A stretch of DNA of 64,000 bases from Psilocybe cubensis (GCA_017499595.2 CM039000.1:1550001-1614000); one strand, 5' to 3'; numbered from the stretch's first letter, positions 1 through 12,200 are shown. Made by a program: numbers and translations. Notes: generated from the sequence alone by a model not told the origin.

Positions 1-38
1 AAATTATTACTCACCGCAATGTCTCACCTTATAGCAAC

Positions 39-1337
39 TTGGGATTTTCAAGCGACGGCGAGAGTGTTAGTCAAGATGGGTATGACATTCAAAACCCACC
101 TATTGTCAGCATTGTAGGGGTGAATGCAGGTGAAGAAGATCAACTGGCAGGAGCACAGCAAGTTATACAGGGAATACAAGAGGTGTGTGACCAAAACCTT
201 TCCCTACGACATGATAACAACATTCAAATCTATCAGAACTCATTACTGTTTCAAACTCGATCACAACAAAGAATGGCACGGCGACAGCTAGAAGAAGCGA
301 CTCTGACCACACTTCGCAACATGTTCAATGATTTGCGAGTATCTCGCGGATCATCAGGCATTAACGCACGTGAAAGAGGCATTGGAAATGATGAGATGCA
401 GGCAGAATCTGCCACAACATCTGATTCAATGCCGGGTCTAGAAACCGCGAGCTCGTTTAGCCCCCTATTCAGTCCCATTCTATTCCAATCCACCACTCCC
501 TCAAGACCACCTACAGTTTGAGCCTTCTTGGCTCAAGCCAACACGTTAACTCCAGCCTCCGAAACTGAAGATCCGCCTCCCAATTATCATGCTGAGTACA
601 TCCATGTACACAAAACTATCAAACATTACTTTGACCATCCCTTTCAACGTCCCAAGTATCCCATCACTCGCCCTCGATCACTGATTCTTCACCCCGCCAG
701 GATGTATCGCTCTCTTTCTACTAAACAATATCCTCATAATGTCGAAATTCAGCAACAAGTCAATACACACCTCAACAAGCTTTAGAAGCTTGTCAAAGGG
801 TTATCCAGAGTCCAGTTCGGACAGCAACAAAGCCCCTGGCAGCATTTCCAGGTTCAAGACTATATCACCCCTTTGCAGCTCCGTTATCTGTTTCCTGATT
901 ACGGATCATATGGGGCCATCTATCGTGCTACATCCCTCAGCTCCCCTACGTCACCTAACAAATGGATATGTCATATCCCAAAACTAGTGGCACTTCAATG
1001 AGCTTTAACCACTGCGCTCAAATCCTTATCCGACTTACCGTATGGTTATGGTTACAAGTCCGACGGTTTACGCCAATACATTGAATACCACCAATATGCC
1101 TGAATTTCACTTCAACGACGTAGCATGCACCCCTTACTCACACACATGGAAAGCAAGTTGATTTGTAGCGCTGAGTATTTTCTTTATGATTACAATTTCA
1201 CCTCTGAGCTGCTCATACTTCAATCTATCCTCGCAATTCGGTTTCGTGAACACAATGCCCTACGACTCCTTAACCAAGTGGTGCTATCACGACTTGTTCC
1301 TTTCAACCTCTGCTTGGCATTATTTCCTACTCATTAG
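39..1337 (+). pseudogene. Remnant of the upstream Gypsy-1 ORF (probably the C-terminal or linker part of gag-pro; begins before the window)
   Basis: ORFs 39-521, 528-785 and 1125-1337 share one frame and are joined by single TGA/TAG stops explainable as C>T changes. No gag or protease motif is visible inside the window. Confidence 0.5.
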
Positions 1338-2303
1338 GCTCTACAAAGGCAAGTATTATGATCGATTTAACACTTCCTTACTCATAAAAGAACTTAGATT
1401 TCATCTTGTGAGAAATGATGAGAGTGCAGAGCATGTTCTGATCTCAGTCTTCCAACTTCAAAACAACAAATTTTATTTATCTGTATCAATCCCTGTCTAC
1501 TTCCCTGTTCTCCACTCGACCTCGCACATACACAGGCACTATAGTTTACTTTTATTTGTTTGTACCTTGTTCTTTGAACCATCATTTTTCATGCGCACCA
1601 TTCTGCCCAAATTCAAATCAAGATCGGAAAAGAAATTTAATAAAGGTAACACATTTCAACTTCAAATAAAATCGGAAATTCAAGTTATTCAAAAATCAAA
1701 GTCTTATATCGAGAACTTGAAAAATTTCATGTTTTTGCACCAAGCTAAAAATAGACTGAACTTAAACTTAATCACGTTTTCCGCGCATAACAATGCACGG
1801 ACCAACTTTGCACCTTTTGTTAACAATCAAAATCAAATTTGCTACATATTCTGCACCTTAAAACTACCTATAGAGATATACAAAAACCCATCCTGCATAT
1901 TACTGGAAGACAAAATACTCTGGGAGAAACCGTACAAACCCGACAACAACGACGAATTCATTCTGTATCCTAATACTCAGCAACCAAGCAGCAATCACGC
2001 GAGGTACGTGTTCACTGTGTATAAGCGAGTTGATAAGAAAATCCACCCTGTATCCACCAGCTTCCCTGAAGATTGCCGAGTTATCTGACAAGTCCCGAAG
2101 GATCCGTTACTCACACTAACGCCACTACCCACGCACCCGCCGACATTTACTCCAACTCAAAAAATTTCTACCGAACGCATGTCCAAATTGAAGATTAATT
2201 TGGGTCAATTCCTATGGCCTGAAGAAGTCAAGCTATTCCAGCATGTTATGGTACTTAATGAGGATGGAATTGCATTTGAAGACATTGAACATGGAACTTT
2301 GAA

Positions 2304-2517
2304 CACCGCTGGCGCTCATACATATTTTCAAAGAAAATAAGACCCAGTAATTATGTTTCCTACATTTTTTTGACGTATTTTATTGGAATATAGGCTTCGG
2401 GCTTCCCTAATTGGGTAACCCCGGACTCTATATACAAGAAAAATACGTCGAAAACCAACAGGAAACATAATTACCGATACATATTTTTCTATCAAATATG
2501 TATCAGCGCCAGCAGTG
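2304..2517. mobile_element. 214-bp fold-back MITE, CACTA/CMC-like, with 3-bp TSD GAA
   Basis: Termini CACCGCTGGCGCTCATACATATTT and (reverse complement) CACTGCTGGCGCTGATACATATTT. GAA at 2301-2303 and 2518-2520. Excision restores GGA ACT TTG AAG GAA TCA. Confidence 0.88.
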
Positions 2518-3037
2518 GAAGGAATCATATTTTTCCCTATATATTATTCCAACTATTGCGCACTCTCCATGGGAAGAGCGAAACATTCCAATTCTGCCCA
2601 GCTTGCGTGACAAGGTCATAGAAGTCATCAAGTTAAAAATGGATGCCAGAGTTTACGAACAAAGTCAGTCATCTTATTGCTCACGCTGGTTTGTGGTACT
2701 CAAAAAGAATGGCAAGCTTTGAATTATACACGATTTGCAGCCTCTTAATTGGGTAGCAATCCGCGACGCAGGGACACTGCCTATAGTAGACAATTTTGTG
2801 GACAGCTTTGCTGGACGACAATGCTATACAGTGTTTGACTTGTTTTGGGGCTTTGATGCTTGCAAAATTCATCCACGAAGTTGAGATTTGACTGCTTTCA
2901 TGACTCCGTTGGGACTCCTACAAATCACCTCTTTACCTACCGGATTTACAAACTCCCCAATCAAATTCCAGAAGTGCATGGTCATTGTATTACAACCGGA
3001 GATACCACATGTAGCCAATATTTTTATAGATGATTTA

Positions 3038-4526
3038 CAGTGGGCAAAAAAACCATTCAAGTGTTGGTCATGTATGAAAAGATTAATTTATAACTTTGAA
3101 ATTAAAAATGTTAAAAATATGAGATTATTCACGGATATACTATATGGTGTTAGCTAAAAAATGACACACTGATCATGTGATTTGTCCAAGAATTGACCAA
3201 ACAGGAGCATATACAGTTTGCTAAGTCATTTGAACAGTTTTTTTGCTAAACACTTGAGTATCAATAAATCATATCTACTAGTACTTTGTATGTCCACCCT
3301 TGGCCTTAATCACTGCTGCATACCTTCTAGGCATGCTAGCAATCAAATTCTGCACCACTTCCTTGGGTATTCTATTCCATTCCTTCTTAACCCTCTCCCA
3401 AAGTTCATGGATACCCTTTGGTGGGACTTCATGTTCATTAAGTCTTCTTTTGAGGTATTCCCATAGATGTTTAATGGGGTTGAGATCTGGAGATTGTGCA
3501 GGCCATATGAGGACCCTAAAATTCTGCTCTTCAAACCATTTCTTGGCCAATTTTGAGGTGTGCTTGGGGTCATTGTCTTGCTGAAAGTGGATATCTTCTA
3601 CCTGTTGACCATACCACTCCAAGGATTTTAGGAGCTCATCACCTAGGATCTCAGTGTATAACTGAGCATCCATCTTCCCATCAATTCTAGTGGCAAATCC
3701 AATTCCTTCCCATCCCATACAACCCCACATCATCAAGTTTCCTCCTCCAAACTTCACAGTTTGCTTGATCCTCCTCCAAGTGCCTTTTTGCAAACTCCAA
3801 TCTAGCCCTCCTATGCTTTTTTGATAACAAAGGCTTCTTTTGTTTTGCCACTGAGACCATGCCAGTTGATTTGAGTGCATTCCTAACTGTTTGAGGACTG
3901 ATATTCTGGCCATTAATAGTAGCCAGAGACTTGGCAGCTTGCACAGCATCCTTGATTTGTCCAGTTCGAATTCCACGCTTGGTATAGGTGATATTGGCAC
4001 CAGTCAGCTTCTTTGGGCGTCCTCCATGGGAAACCACTGCCTCAGGACAGTAGTCTTGGTGAATCTTGGTGATACAACCAGCACTAGCTCCAGTCTGGGC
4101 CTTGATAGAGGCATAGGAGTGACCAGAAGTAAAAAGAGAGACAATAGTAGCAATAGTTGCTTTAGAGAGGGGTTTCATGCTTGATTGGGGGGATAAAGAG
4201 GTTGGTTGTAGCTATTATATACCTATTCAACATGTAGTCACATGATTTTATTGATAGTTGTTTGGTATATCAACAAAGTCATGTGATAATACATAGTTTA
4301 TAGCATTTAAATTACTAGCAAAAAAACTGTTCGAATGACTTAGCAAATTGTGTATACTGCTGTTTGGTCAATTCTTGGACAAATCACATGATCATTGTGT
4401 CATCCTTTAGCTAACACCATATAGTATATCTGTGAATAATCTCATATTTTTAACATTTTTAATTTCAAAGTTATAAATTAATCTTTTCATACGTAACCAA
4501 CACTCAAACGGTTTTTTTGCCCACTG
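3038..4526 (-). mobile_element. Tc1/mariner DNA transposon copy 1 (1,489 bp, 211-bp TIRs, TA TSD), internally deleted
   Basis: TA|CAGTGGGCAAAAAAA...TTTTTTTGCCCACTG|TA. TIRs at 3038-3248 and 4316-4526. Transposase remnants GRPKKL, KFGGGNLMMWGC, QQDNDPKH, WPAQSPDLNPI, GGHTKY. Confidence 0.97.
3278..4178 (-). pseudogene. Tc1 (DD34E-type) transposase, frameshifted by internal deletion
   Basis: The N-terminal HTH region (3687-4178) and catalytic C-terminus (3278-4000) are in different frames. The segment with the first catalytic Asp (SDE motif) is missing and the catalytic Glu reads Lys (NPIKHLW). Confidence 0.92.
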
Positions 4527-6933
4527 TACCAATCAAAGGTCCAAAATCTCAATACTTGAATGCAGATGGAGAACCGGAAACTATACCTGAGAATTCTGGA
4601 ATTTGAAAATTCATCTGGGAACATGCACAAGATGTACACCGAGTAATGCATCGGATTAAAGAATCTGGTGCCACATTTGCAGCAAACAAATCACAAATAT
4701 GTCTTCCAGAAGTACTCATTGTGGGATAGACATGTAACGCGCAAAGGAGATCTCCCGACAAAGCAAAAATTAATAAAATTATGGAATGGCCTCCGCTTAC
4801 TACAGGACAGGAAGTACAAAGATTTTTGGGATTAGCAGGCACAATGCATATATGGATACCTAATTATTCTGCTTTGGTAAAACCCTTATCAGAATTGTAT
4901 CACAAAGATAAAAAATTTATCTGGGATGAAAGGCGTCAAAATGCATTTGATACCATTAAGAATAAAATCACAAATGCTCCGACACTTATGCCAATTGACT
5001 ACAGCTCAGAACAACCTGTCACTTTAGCCGTAAATTCTAGCAAATATGCAGTAGGAATGATTTTATATCAGATTGACGAAGATGGAAGAAAACGACCCGC
5101 TCGATTTGGGTCCATACCAATGAGTGAAAGGGAATCAAGATACTCACAACCAAAGCTGGAATTATTTGGACTATATTGGGCTCTGCGACACTAGAGAATT
5201 TACTTAATAGATGTCAAAAACTTAAAGGTGGAGGTAGATGCAAAATATATCAAGGGAATGTTAAACGACCCAGACTTACAACCCAATGCAGCTATAAATA
5301 GATGGATCTAGGGAATATTGCTCTTTATCTTTGAATTGGTATATGTACCTGCGCAGAATCACAAAAGGCCTGATGCATTATCCCGGAGACCCCTAGCAGC
5401 AGGAAAAATAGCAGAATCAGATGATGATAGCTGGCTAGATGCAATCACGCTCAATACAGAAAAATTTGGAAATTCCAACGGAATAACAGACATCAAACAG
5501 GTTTTGGCTTCTAGAACCGCACAACATACTCTTTTAGAAGATATTAAACATTTTCTACAAACATTAGAAACACCTATATTTACGGATAGTCAGAAGAAAA
5601 GAAGATTTTTAAGCAAAGCAACTCAATTTTTTATTCAGAATAAACGGATGTACAAGCGCAATGATACTCAACCTCCACTATTAGTAATTTAGCGACCTGA
5701 ATCCAAAATTGCTATACTCCGTCGAGCACATGAGGAATTAGGACATAAAGAGGTTACATCTGTATATGAACTATTTTGACATCGTTTCTACTGGCCACAC
5801 ATGCGAGCAAATGTATACCATCATGTATGCACCTATCATGAATGCCAAGTACAGAGTTTGAAAAGAACAGAAATTCCACTTATCATATCTACTCCAACAA
5901 AATTATTCTCAAGAATATATATTGATATAATGCACATGCCAACCTCATATGATAAGAAAGTCTGTATTGTTGCAGCCCGAGATGACCTATTAAGAGTATG
6001 CAAAGCTCAAGCACTAGAAAACAAAACAGCCAAAGAATTAAAACTCTTCTTTTGGGAACAGATATATTGTCAATATGGAGCACCTGAACATGTAATTACG
6101 GATAATGGAGGAGAAATAAAAGGCGCATTTGCAATATTACTCAAATGTCTAAAGATTCCACAAATACGCATTACTCCTTACAACCATCATGCTAATGGGG
6201 TAGTAGAACACGGACACTTTGTATTACGAGAAGCTATCATAAAATCATGCCAAACCACTGGAACACCTATCACTCACTGGCCTGAGAAGTTGTCAGAAGC
6301 CTTATTTGCTGATAGGGTTACGATTAGTCGTGTGACAGGATTTTCCCCATATCAACTTCTGCATGGAACCAACCCCTTACTTCCCTTAGACTTGGCCAAA
6401 GCTACTTTTATGGTTGAAGGATTCCGTCCCCGCATGTCAACCAGTCGTTTACTAGCTATGCGAATGCAGCAACTCAGCAAATACCCAAAAGATATAGAAT
6501 GGGCCTCAAATATTTTGAAGAAAGCTCGCTTTGCTTCTAAAGAACAATTTGAAAAACGGTTTATACACCGACTATCCAGAGATGAATATAAAATTGGAGA
6601 GTTAGTATTGGTTCGGAATACAGCCATTGAAATGAGCCATAATTGCAAACATAAAGTACGATACTTAGGGCTATTTATTATCAAACGGCGTCATGAAAAC
6701 GGGTACTATATTGTTAGCGAATTAGATGGAGCGGAGTATAAGGCCAAGGTGGCACCTGCACGGCTCTTACCCTACATCACCAGGGATCATCAATTTATGA
6801 AAGAGAACCCTACCTATTGTAATGATCATGAATCTGATACATCAGGCACCAATACTTCTGAATCTGAAAGTGACGAATCTAGTGATTTCTAATGTTAAGC
6901 GACTCTAACTAAAATAGGAACACATGAAATTTA

Positions 6934-7940
6934 GTGGTTCAATACTACTCAAACGCTGCCTTACCCCGTCATTCACCAATGTTCAGAGCAAAGACCCTCA
7001 CATCCCCCACTATAGGGCATCCCCTCTTTATTGCGGCAGACGGTCAACCCACCTATGTGAAATATGATGGGCAGCACACTATTCATTCTAAAGACTACCC
7101 TCCACCCAGCGCTGCTGTAGCTAGCAAGTCTAGCATCACAATTATTACCACCACCGACTCTGATAGTGAAGACTTGGCGCATATGCCTTGCACCCCTACT
7201 CCCCGCACAGAAGTATGGGAAAGGTTATGCAAGGACACTATGGATCACTACCAGAATCAACGCCCCCGTTTTCCTGCATCTTACCCGCTTGTTCATCTTG
7301 AACATCATGCCAATGTGGAAGGTGTTTACCGCGAATTTGATCCAGGATGCTTTACTACAAAGGAGTTTTGCGAACTATGGCACAGACAACCTGCCCTAAT
7401 TTATGTTCGCGCATATTTTCGAGACCATCTCCTGTTCCCAAGACACAATTCAAGGGTGCAAAATGGCGATATAACCTTCATCCAAGTCTTACACTTACCA
7501 AACCTATTCAGCATGGAGACATTGTTATGGTAGAATACGAGGAAGAAACTGAGGAAGTTCGCTACATTGCCACCCTTCGTGTCGCAATTACGCACAAATT
7601 TTTCTTCATTCAGCTCAATGCCTACACCATCAATCAACGCCGCTTCCAGGCTTTCCATTTCATCTTCCCTTCCCTAATTGTGCGCATTCCTAGCAGGCTT
7701 TGCAAAGTGCCCATTCCAAAGGAGTTGGTAGAACATTACTGCCCTTTCATTTATAAAACAGTACCTGTTTATAACGCGCCACCTACCCTCACTCTATGGG
7801 GATCTATCATCTCAAGCGTTTAGACATATTTTTCCTGTGCAGTAGCAAATGTTTCAGAAGAACAGGAGACGGTGGAGATAGTAGTAATTTCCATTATCGA
7901 ACGAGAATATAAAGGACCGGAGGAGGCCCTTATTGTATGA
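6934..7940 (+). pseudogene. Extra ORF downstream of Gypsy-1 integrase (unknown product, one frameshift and one stop)
   Basis: ORF 6934-7533 (first ATG at 6979) overlaps ORF 7347-7823, whose frame continues past one TAG to 7940. Same strand as pol. No recognisable domain. Confidence 0.45.
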
Positions 7941-8557
7941 TATTAGAAGAGTAATATGTGGTTGAATGAAAAATTGTTAGTCGCTGCAAGGAATTTGCAA
8001 CCAAGGTCAATTGCATTTACGTTCTCTGCAGATGTAAGGCATGCAAAATGTTTTGAATAAAAACATAATATTCCTTGCATCAACCAACAATAACAAAACA
8101 GGCAAAACTCATAGAACACCTTAAGTCAACATCGTTGGGAGAGATACATTATCTGCAAGAGATAAGATTATATATGGTCACATGACAAATTGCACTCAAA
8201 TCAGATAAGATTGATGGTCCACAAGCATGATCAGTACCCAGCACAGCCATGGGAGCAGCAATCAGACAGTGCATAGCCTCATATTTAAAAATAGATAATC
8301 AGCACAGCCTATTTGATGTGTTGTCAAGGCAACATTCTTGAACATTCCATTAACTAATAACAATGACACATATTAGTAATCTCCTGCTCGGCGCTTAGTG
8401 AACACAATAGAAATGCTTATAAACCACCATCCGGCGCTTACTCGCTCTGCCAAAAGTAGCCAGAACAATAGAAATGGATTGGTAATGAGGTTTATAGTTT
8501 AGTCAGCCTATCCCTATATAGAAATTGCTATTGTGATTATGTAAGCATAGGAAAAGG

Positions 8558-8568
8558 TATATAAAGGC
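8558..8568 (+). promoter_or_regulatory. Putative LTR TATA box
   Basis: GGTATATAAAGG in the non-coding 3' region of Gypsy-1, upstream of a pyrimidine-rich stretch. Confidence 0.45.
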
Positions 8569-8797
8569 TCAGAAAATTTTGGACAGTAGCTAAGTTCCCC
8601 TTTTCAATAGCACCCCTAAACTTGCTCAAACCCTGTAATTGGTTATTTCTTGCAATATACTTATACTACCTAAAACTCTGCTTGTCTGTTATAAAGAGTA
8701 TTGAATCACATTAAATTCAGTAGTCCTTTCTAAAGCAATCAGCTTGTTTTAAACCTTCAGTCAGTTCAGTCTAAACCACCTGTCCAGCCATTCAAAT

Positions 8798-8986
8798 CCA
8801 TCCGTCAGTTCCATCCGTCAGTTCTATCCGTCAGTTCCGTCCATCAGTTCCGTCCGTCAGTTCCGTCTGTCAGTTCCGTCTGTCAGTTCCATCCGTCAGT
8901 TCCATCTGTCAGTTCCATCCGTCAGTTCCATCCGTTAGTTCTGTCCGTTAAGTTCCGTCTATCAGTTCCGTCCGTCAGCTCCGTCC
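8798..8986 (+). repeat. Tandem repeat, 13-bp unit CCGTCCGTCAGTT, ~14.5 copies, in the Gypsy-1 3' LTR region
   Basis: Directly visible head-to-tail units. Variants are almost all CG>CA/TG/TA. Confidence 0.97.
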
Positions 8987-9259
8987 AACAGTCTAACCAC
9001 CCGTCAAATTTACCACTCTAAAACTAAGCTTTAGGTGCGTAACCCAAAACACATAAATTACTAACAAATATTCTTTTCAGATTGACTTCTTTAAAACTCA
9101 TTTCCAATATCCCTATACTTACCTGCCTCTAATTGCACTTGAGGAAACTTGTGGAAAATACACCAAATTGATTAAAACCTTGAATCCATCAAACAACTGG
9201 AATAACCCAATATTTGACTATCCGGTAAAACCCAGGTGAACTTAAAATTCACGTTGACA

Positions 9260-12200
9260 ACGTGCAGACTGCTTAAGACCATAGAGCGACTTTTTGAGCT
9301 TCAAAACCATGTTAGGACCACCTTGGTGAAATCCTTCAGGTTGTAGCATGTAAATCTCCTCGTCTAGGTCACCTTTAGTGAAAGCAGCTGTAATATCAAC
9401 AGAGCGCAACTTCAAGTCTCCAATCGCGGCCAGAGTCACAATCAAGCGGAAAGTAGCAGGGCAAAAAGTAGGAGCAAAGACCTCATGGTAATCAATGCCA
9501 GGGCGCTGACTGTAGCCCTTGGCAACAATACAAGCCTTGTAGCACTCTATACTGCCATCTGCATTTCGCTTGATTTTAAAGACCCAACCACAGCCAATTG
9601 TCTTTTGACCCGGAGGAAGCTCAACTCGCTCCCAAGTTTGGTTGTGCTGCAACAGATTGAATTCTGTGTTAGCAGCCTCTTCCCACATGTGCGCATTAGG
9701 TGCTTTCATTGCCTGTTTGAATGTGCGCGGATCTGCGCTTGAAACAAGCCCAGCAAACTCTACCTCTTCAAATCCAGGATCATTGGCTTCAGGTGGTTCA
9801 GGATCATGTAAAATCTTCCACCATTCACCAGGCTGCTTAGGAACACGAGTAGTGCATCTCAATGTTGCAGAATCAACTGGAGCACGCTGGCAGCGTGCAG
9901 GCTTAGGAGGAAGTGCAGGAACAGCCTCAGGCTGTGGTGGTTCAGCTGGCTGTTCAGGAGGCGCAATAGGCACTTTTGGCTCAATGACAGGACTTGGAGT
10001 AGAGTCATCCTCATCATCATCAAAATTGAAGCCATTAGAGTTCCCCCCTGAATTGGGAGGTGGTGCACTTGCAGAAGGTCAAACTTTGGCATAGGGCCAG
10101 TGGACACCCCAGGAAAGCACCTTTTGTTGAAATCAGCTCTCTCAGAGATAATGAACCTTTTGGTGACTGGGTTGTAAAACTCCCAGCCCTTGTACCCAGT
10201 AGGATACCCAACAAAGATACACTTCTCCATATGAGGCTGCAACGATTTGCGCTTATCTCCCTGAACATAAACATATGCAAGACAACCCCAAACCCTCAAA
10301 TGACTAACATCAGGTTTGCGCTTGTTCCAGTGTTCATACGGAGTCTTGTCTGGTAGAGGATCTGTAAGAATACGATTCCATACATGCATGTATGCTGCAA
10401 CACAGCAACCCCAAAACAAAGGTAGAACACGAGCCTCATTGAGCATGGAAGTAACATGTTCTGCCATGGTGCGATTTGCATGCTCTGCAACTCTGTTCTG
10501 TTGTGGGCGATTTTGCATTGTATGACGACGCTCAATGCCACACTGGTCAGTGAATTTGATGAAAGCATTCAACATGTATTCACCAGCTTTGTCATCCTGC
10601 AGCGCTTCGATCTTAAAGCCTAATTTGTTCTCAGCCCATGCTTTATACATTTGAAACACACTGAATGCATTGCTTTTGCACTTAAGAAGCACAGCAGCTC
10701 TACTTTTTGTATGGTCATTGATAAAGGTTATCCAGTAGCAATAGCCTTTAGGAGTAGGGGGCGAGATAGAACCTTTCAGATCTGAGAAGATAAGCGCAAG
10801 CAGAACATCTGACATGCTGGGTGAAGAAAGAAATGAGTTGGAATGCATCTTGCCTGCAAGGCAAGGTTCACAAATGGGGTCAGGCTGTTGCTGTGAATTC
10901 AGCTTGAGTCCGGTAACCATACCCTCTCTAATCATCTTCTGGATGTCAGTGTAGCTACGATGAGCAAACCGACAATGCCAGAGACTGATATCAAGGGGTA
11001 GAGTAGAATTGGAGGAAATGAAGGCAGACTCCAAAATAGGAACTGTATAACCGTTCAATAAAGCGCAGTTTGATGTACTAACATCTACAGAGAAGAGACA
11101 AGCTCCTTTGCGATGAAACTGCATCAGATTAGCATCAATAGTGATTTTAAAGCCTTTGTGCTTTGTGAGATATAGAACAGACAGTAGATTGTTTTGGAGA
11201 TCTGGTACATGTAAAACTCTAGTCAACTCGACACCTCTTGACTTTATTCCATTTACAACCGGTTCAAAAAACACAGTGCCCACCACTGCAGAATAAATAA
11301 CTCATTCATCTGCTAATCGGATTGGAATGCAAAGGGGGGTGTAATTTCTAACCCAATTGCAATGGGGCGTTATATGAGAAGTTGCCCCTGTGTCTGCAAT
11401 CCAATTGTCATTAGTTTGAGGTGAAATGGAAGAGGGAACATTGGTATTAAGAGCACTTGCATTTCCAGCAAATTCCATATCCTTGGACTCTTTTTCCTCA
11501 CTGGATGCCTCTGAGGCCTTGTGCACTCTGTTGCCTTTGCGAGCCACTTTGACACGCTCCTTCGCATCCTTTTGCGCAGCAATGAACTTGTGACATTTGT
11601 CCATTGCATGGTTGGTCATATCACAAAATGCGCACTTGGGCTTAGATGCAGAAGGGGCTGGAGCGGTCTGGAACGCGGTGGCGAGTGCAGGCAACTCTGA
11701 AGCGCGGCGACATTGCTGTATGTCCTCTGTGACAAAAGCTTGATGAATTGTAGTCTTGTCCAACTTGTCCAAAAGGAGAAGTGAGGATGCAAATGAACTG
11801 TACTCTTCTGGGAGTGCCCTGACCAGAGCAAGCAAAGCAAGCTCTTCATCAAGCTTAGCCAGATCAAACCTCTTAGGGCAAAGCTGCTGAATTAGCAACA
11901 TGGCTTGCTCAACTCTATTGATCAGGGTTTAAAGGTTTTCACCTTCCTCCTTTCAGATGGAGAACAGATCATCATATGCATTAAAGTGGTTGCCAGGGCG
12001 CTTTTGCTGATGTACAGCAGCAAGGGCATCCCACATCTTGATAGGATCATCCTTGATGGCTTCCACATGAACCCTCTAATCATTCTCCAAACTCAGATAG
12101 ATCAAACCACATGCTTTGTCTCTCTGCTCAAAGTAGGTTTCAAGCAAAGCTTCCTCCTGAGCAGTGGGCTTGTCTGAGAGCATTGGCTGTGCTCTAGCAC

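Larger units (their letters stand above)
1591..6892 (+). pseudogene. Gypsy-1 pol (RT-RNase H-integrase), with in-frame stops and two insertions
   Basis: The protein reads through once 2304-2520 (GTLK|ESYF) and 3038-4528 (FIDDL|PIKGP) are removed. Premature stops at e.g. 2086, 2720, 5192. Confidence 0.9.
1..9259 (+). mobile_element. Degenerate Ty3/Gypsy LTR retrotransposon (Gypsy-1); 5' part outside window; carries nested MITE and Tc1 insertions
   Basis: RT motifs (SRWFVVLKKNGKL, VFDLFWGF, AFMTPLGL..LPTGFTNSP, FIDDL|PIKGP), RNase H (RPARFGSIPMSERESRYSQPKLELFGL) and integrase (TDNGGE, PYNHHANGVVE, GFSPYQLLHG) in Gypsy order. The non-coding 3' region has a TATA box and ends in CA at 9251 or 9259, next to Copia RT sequence. 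Confidence 0.92.

Noticed and set aside
3687-4000. Programmed frameshift or intron joining the two Tc1 ORFs
   Set aside because: The conserved SDE-containing segment is absent, which indicates deletion rather than recoding.
8798-8986. CRISPR-like array (also considered for 17910-18028)
   Set aside because: Units are head-to-tail with no unique spacers, there are no cas genes, and the context is eukaryotic.
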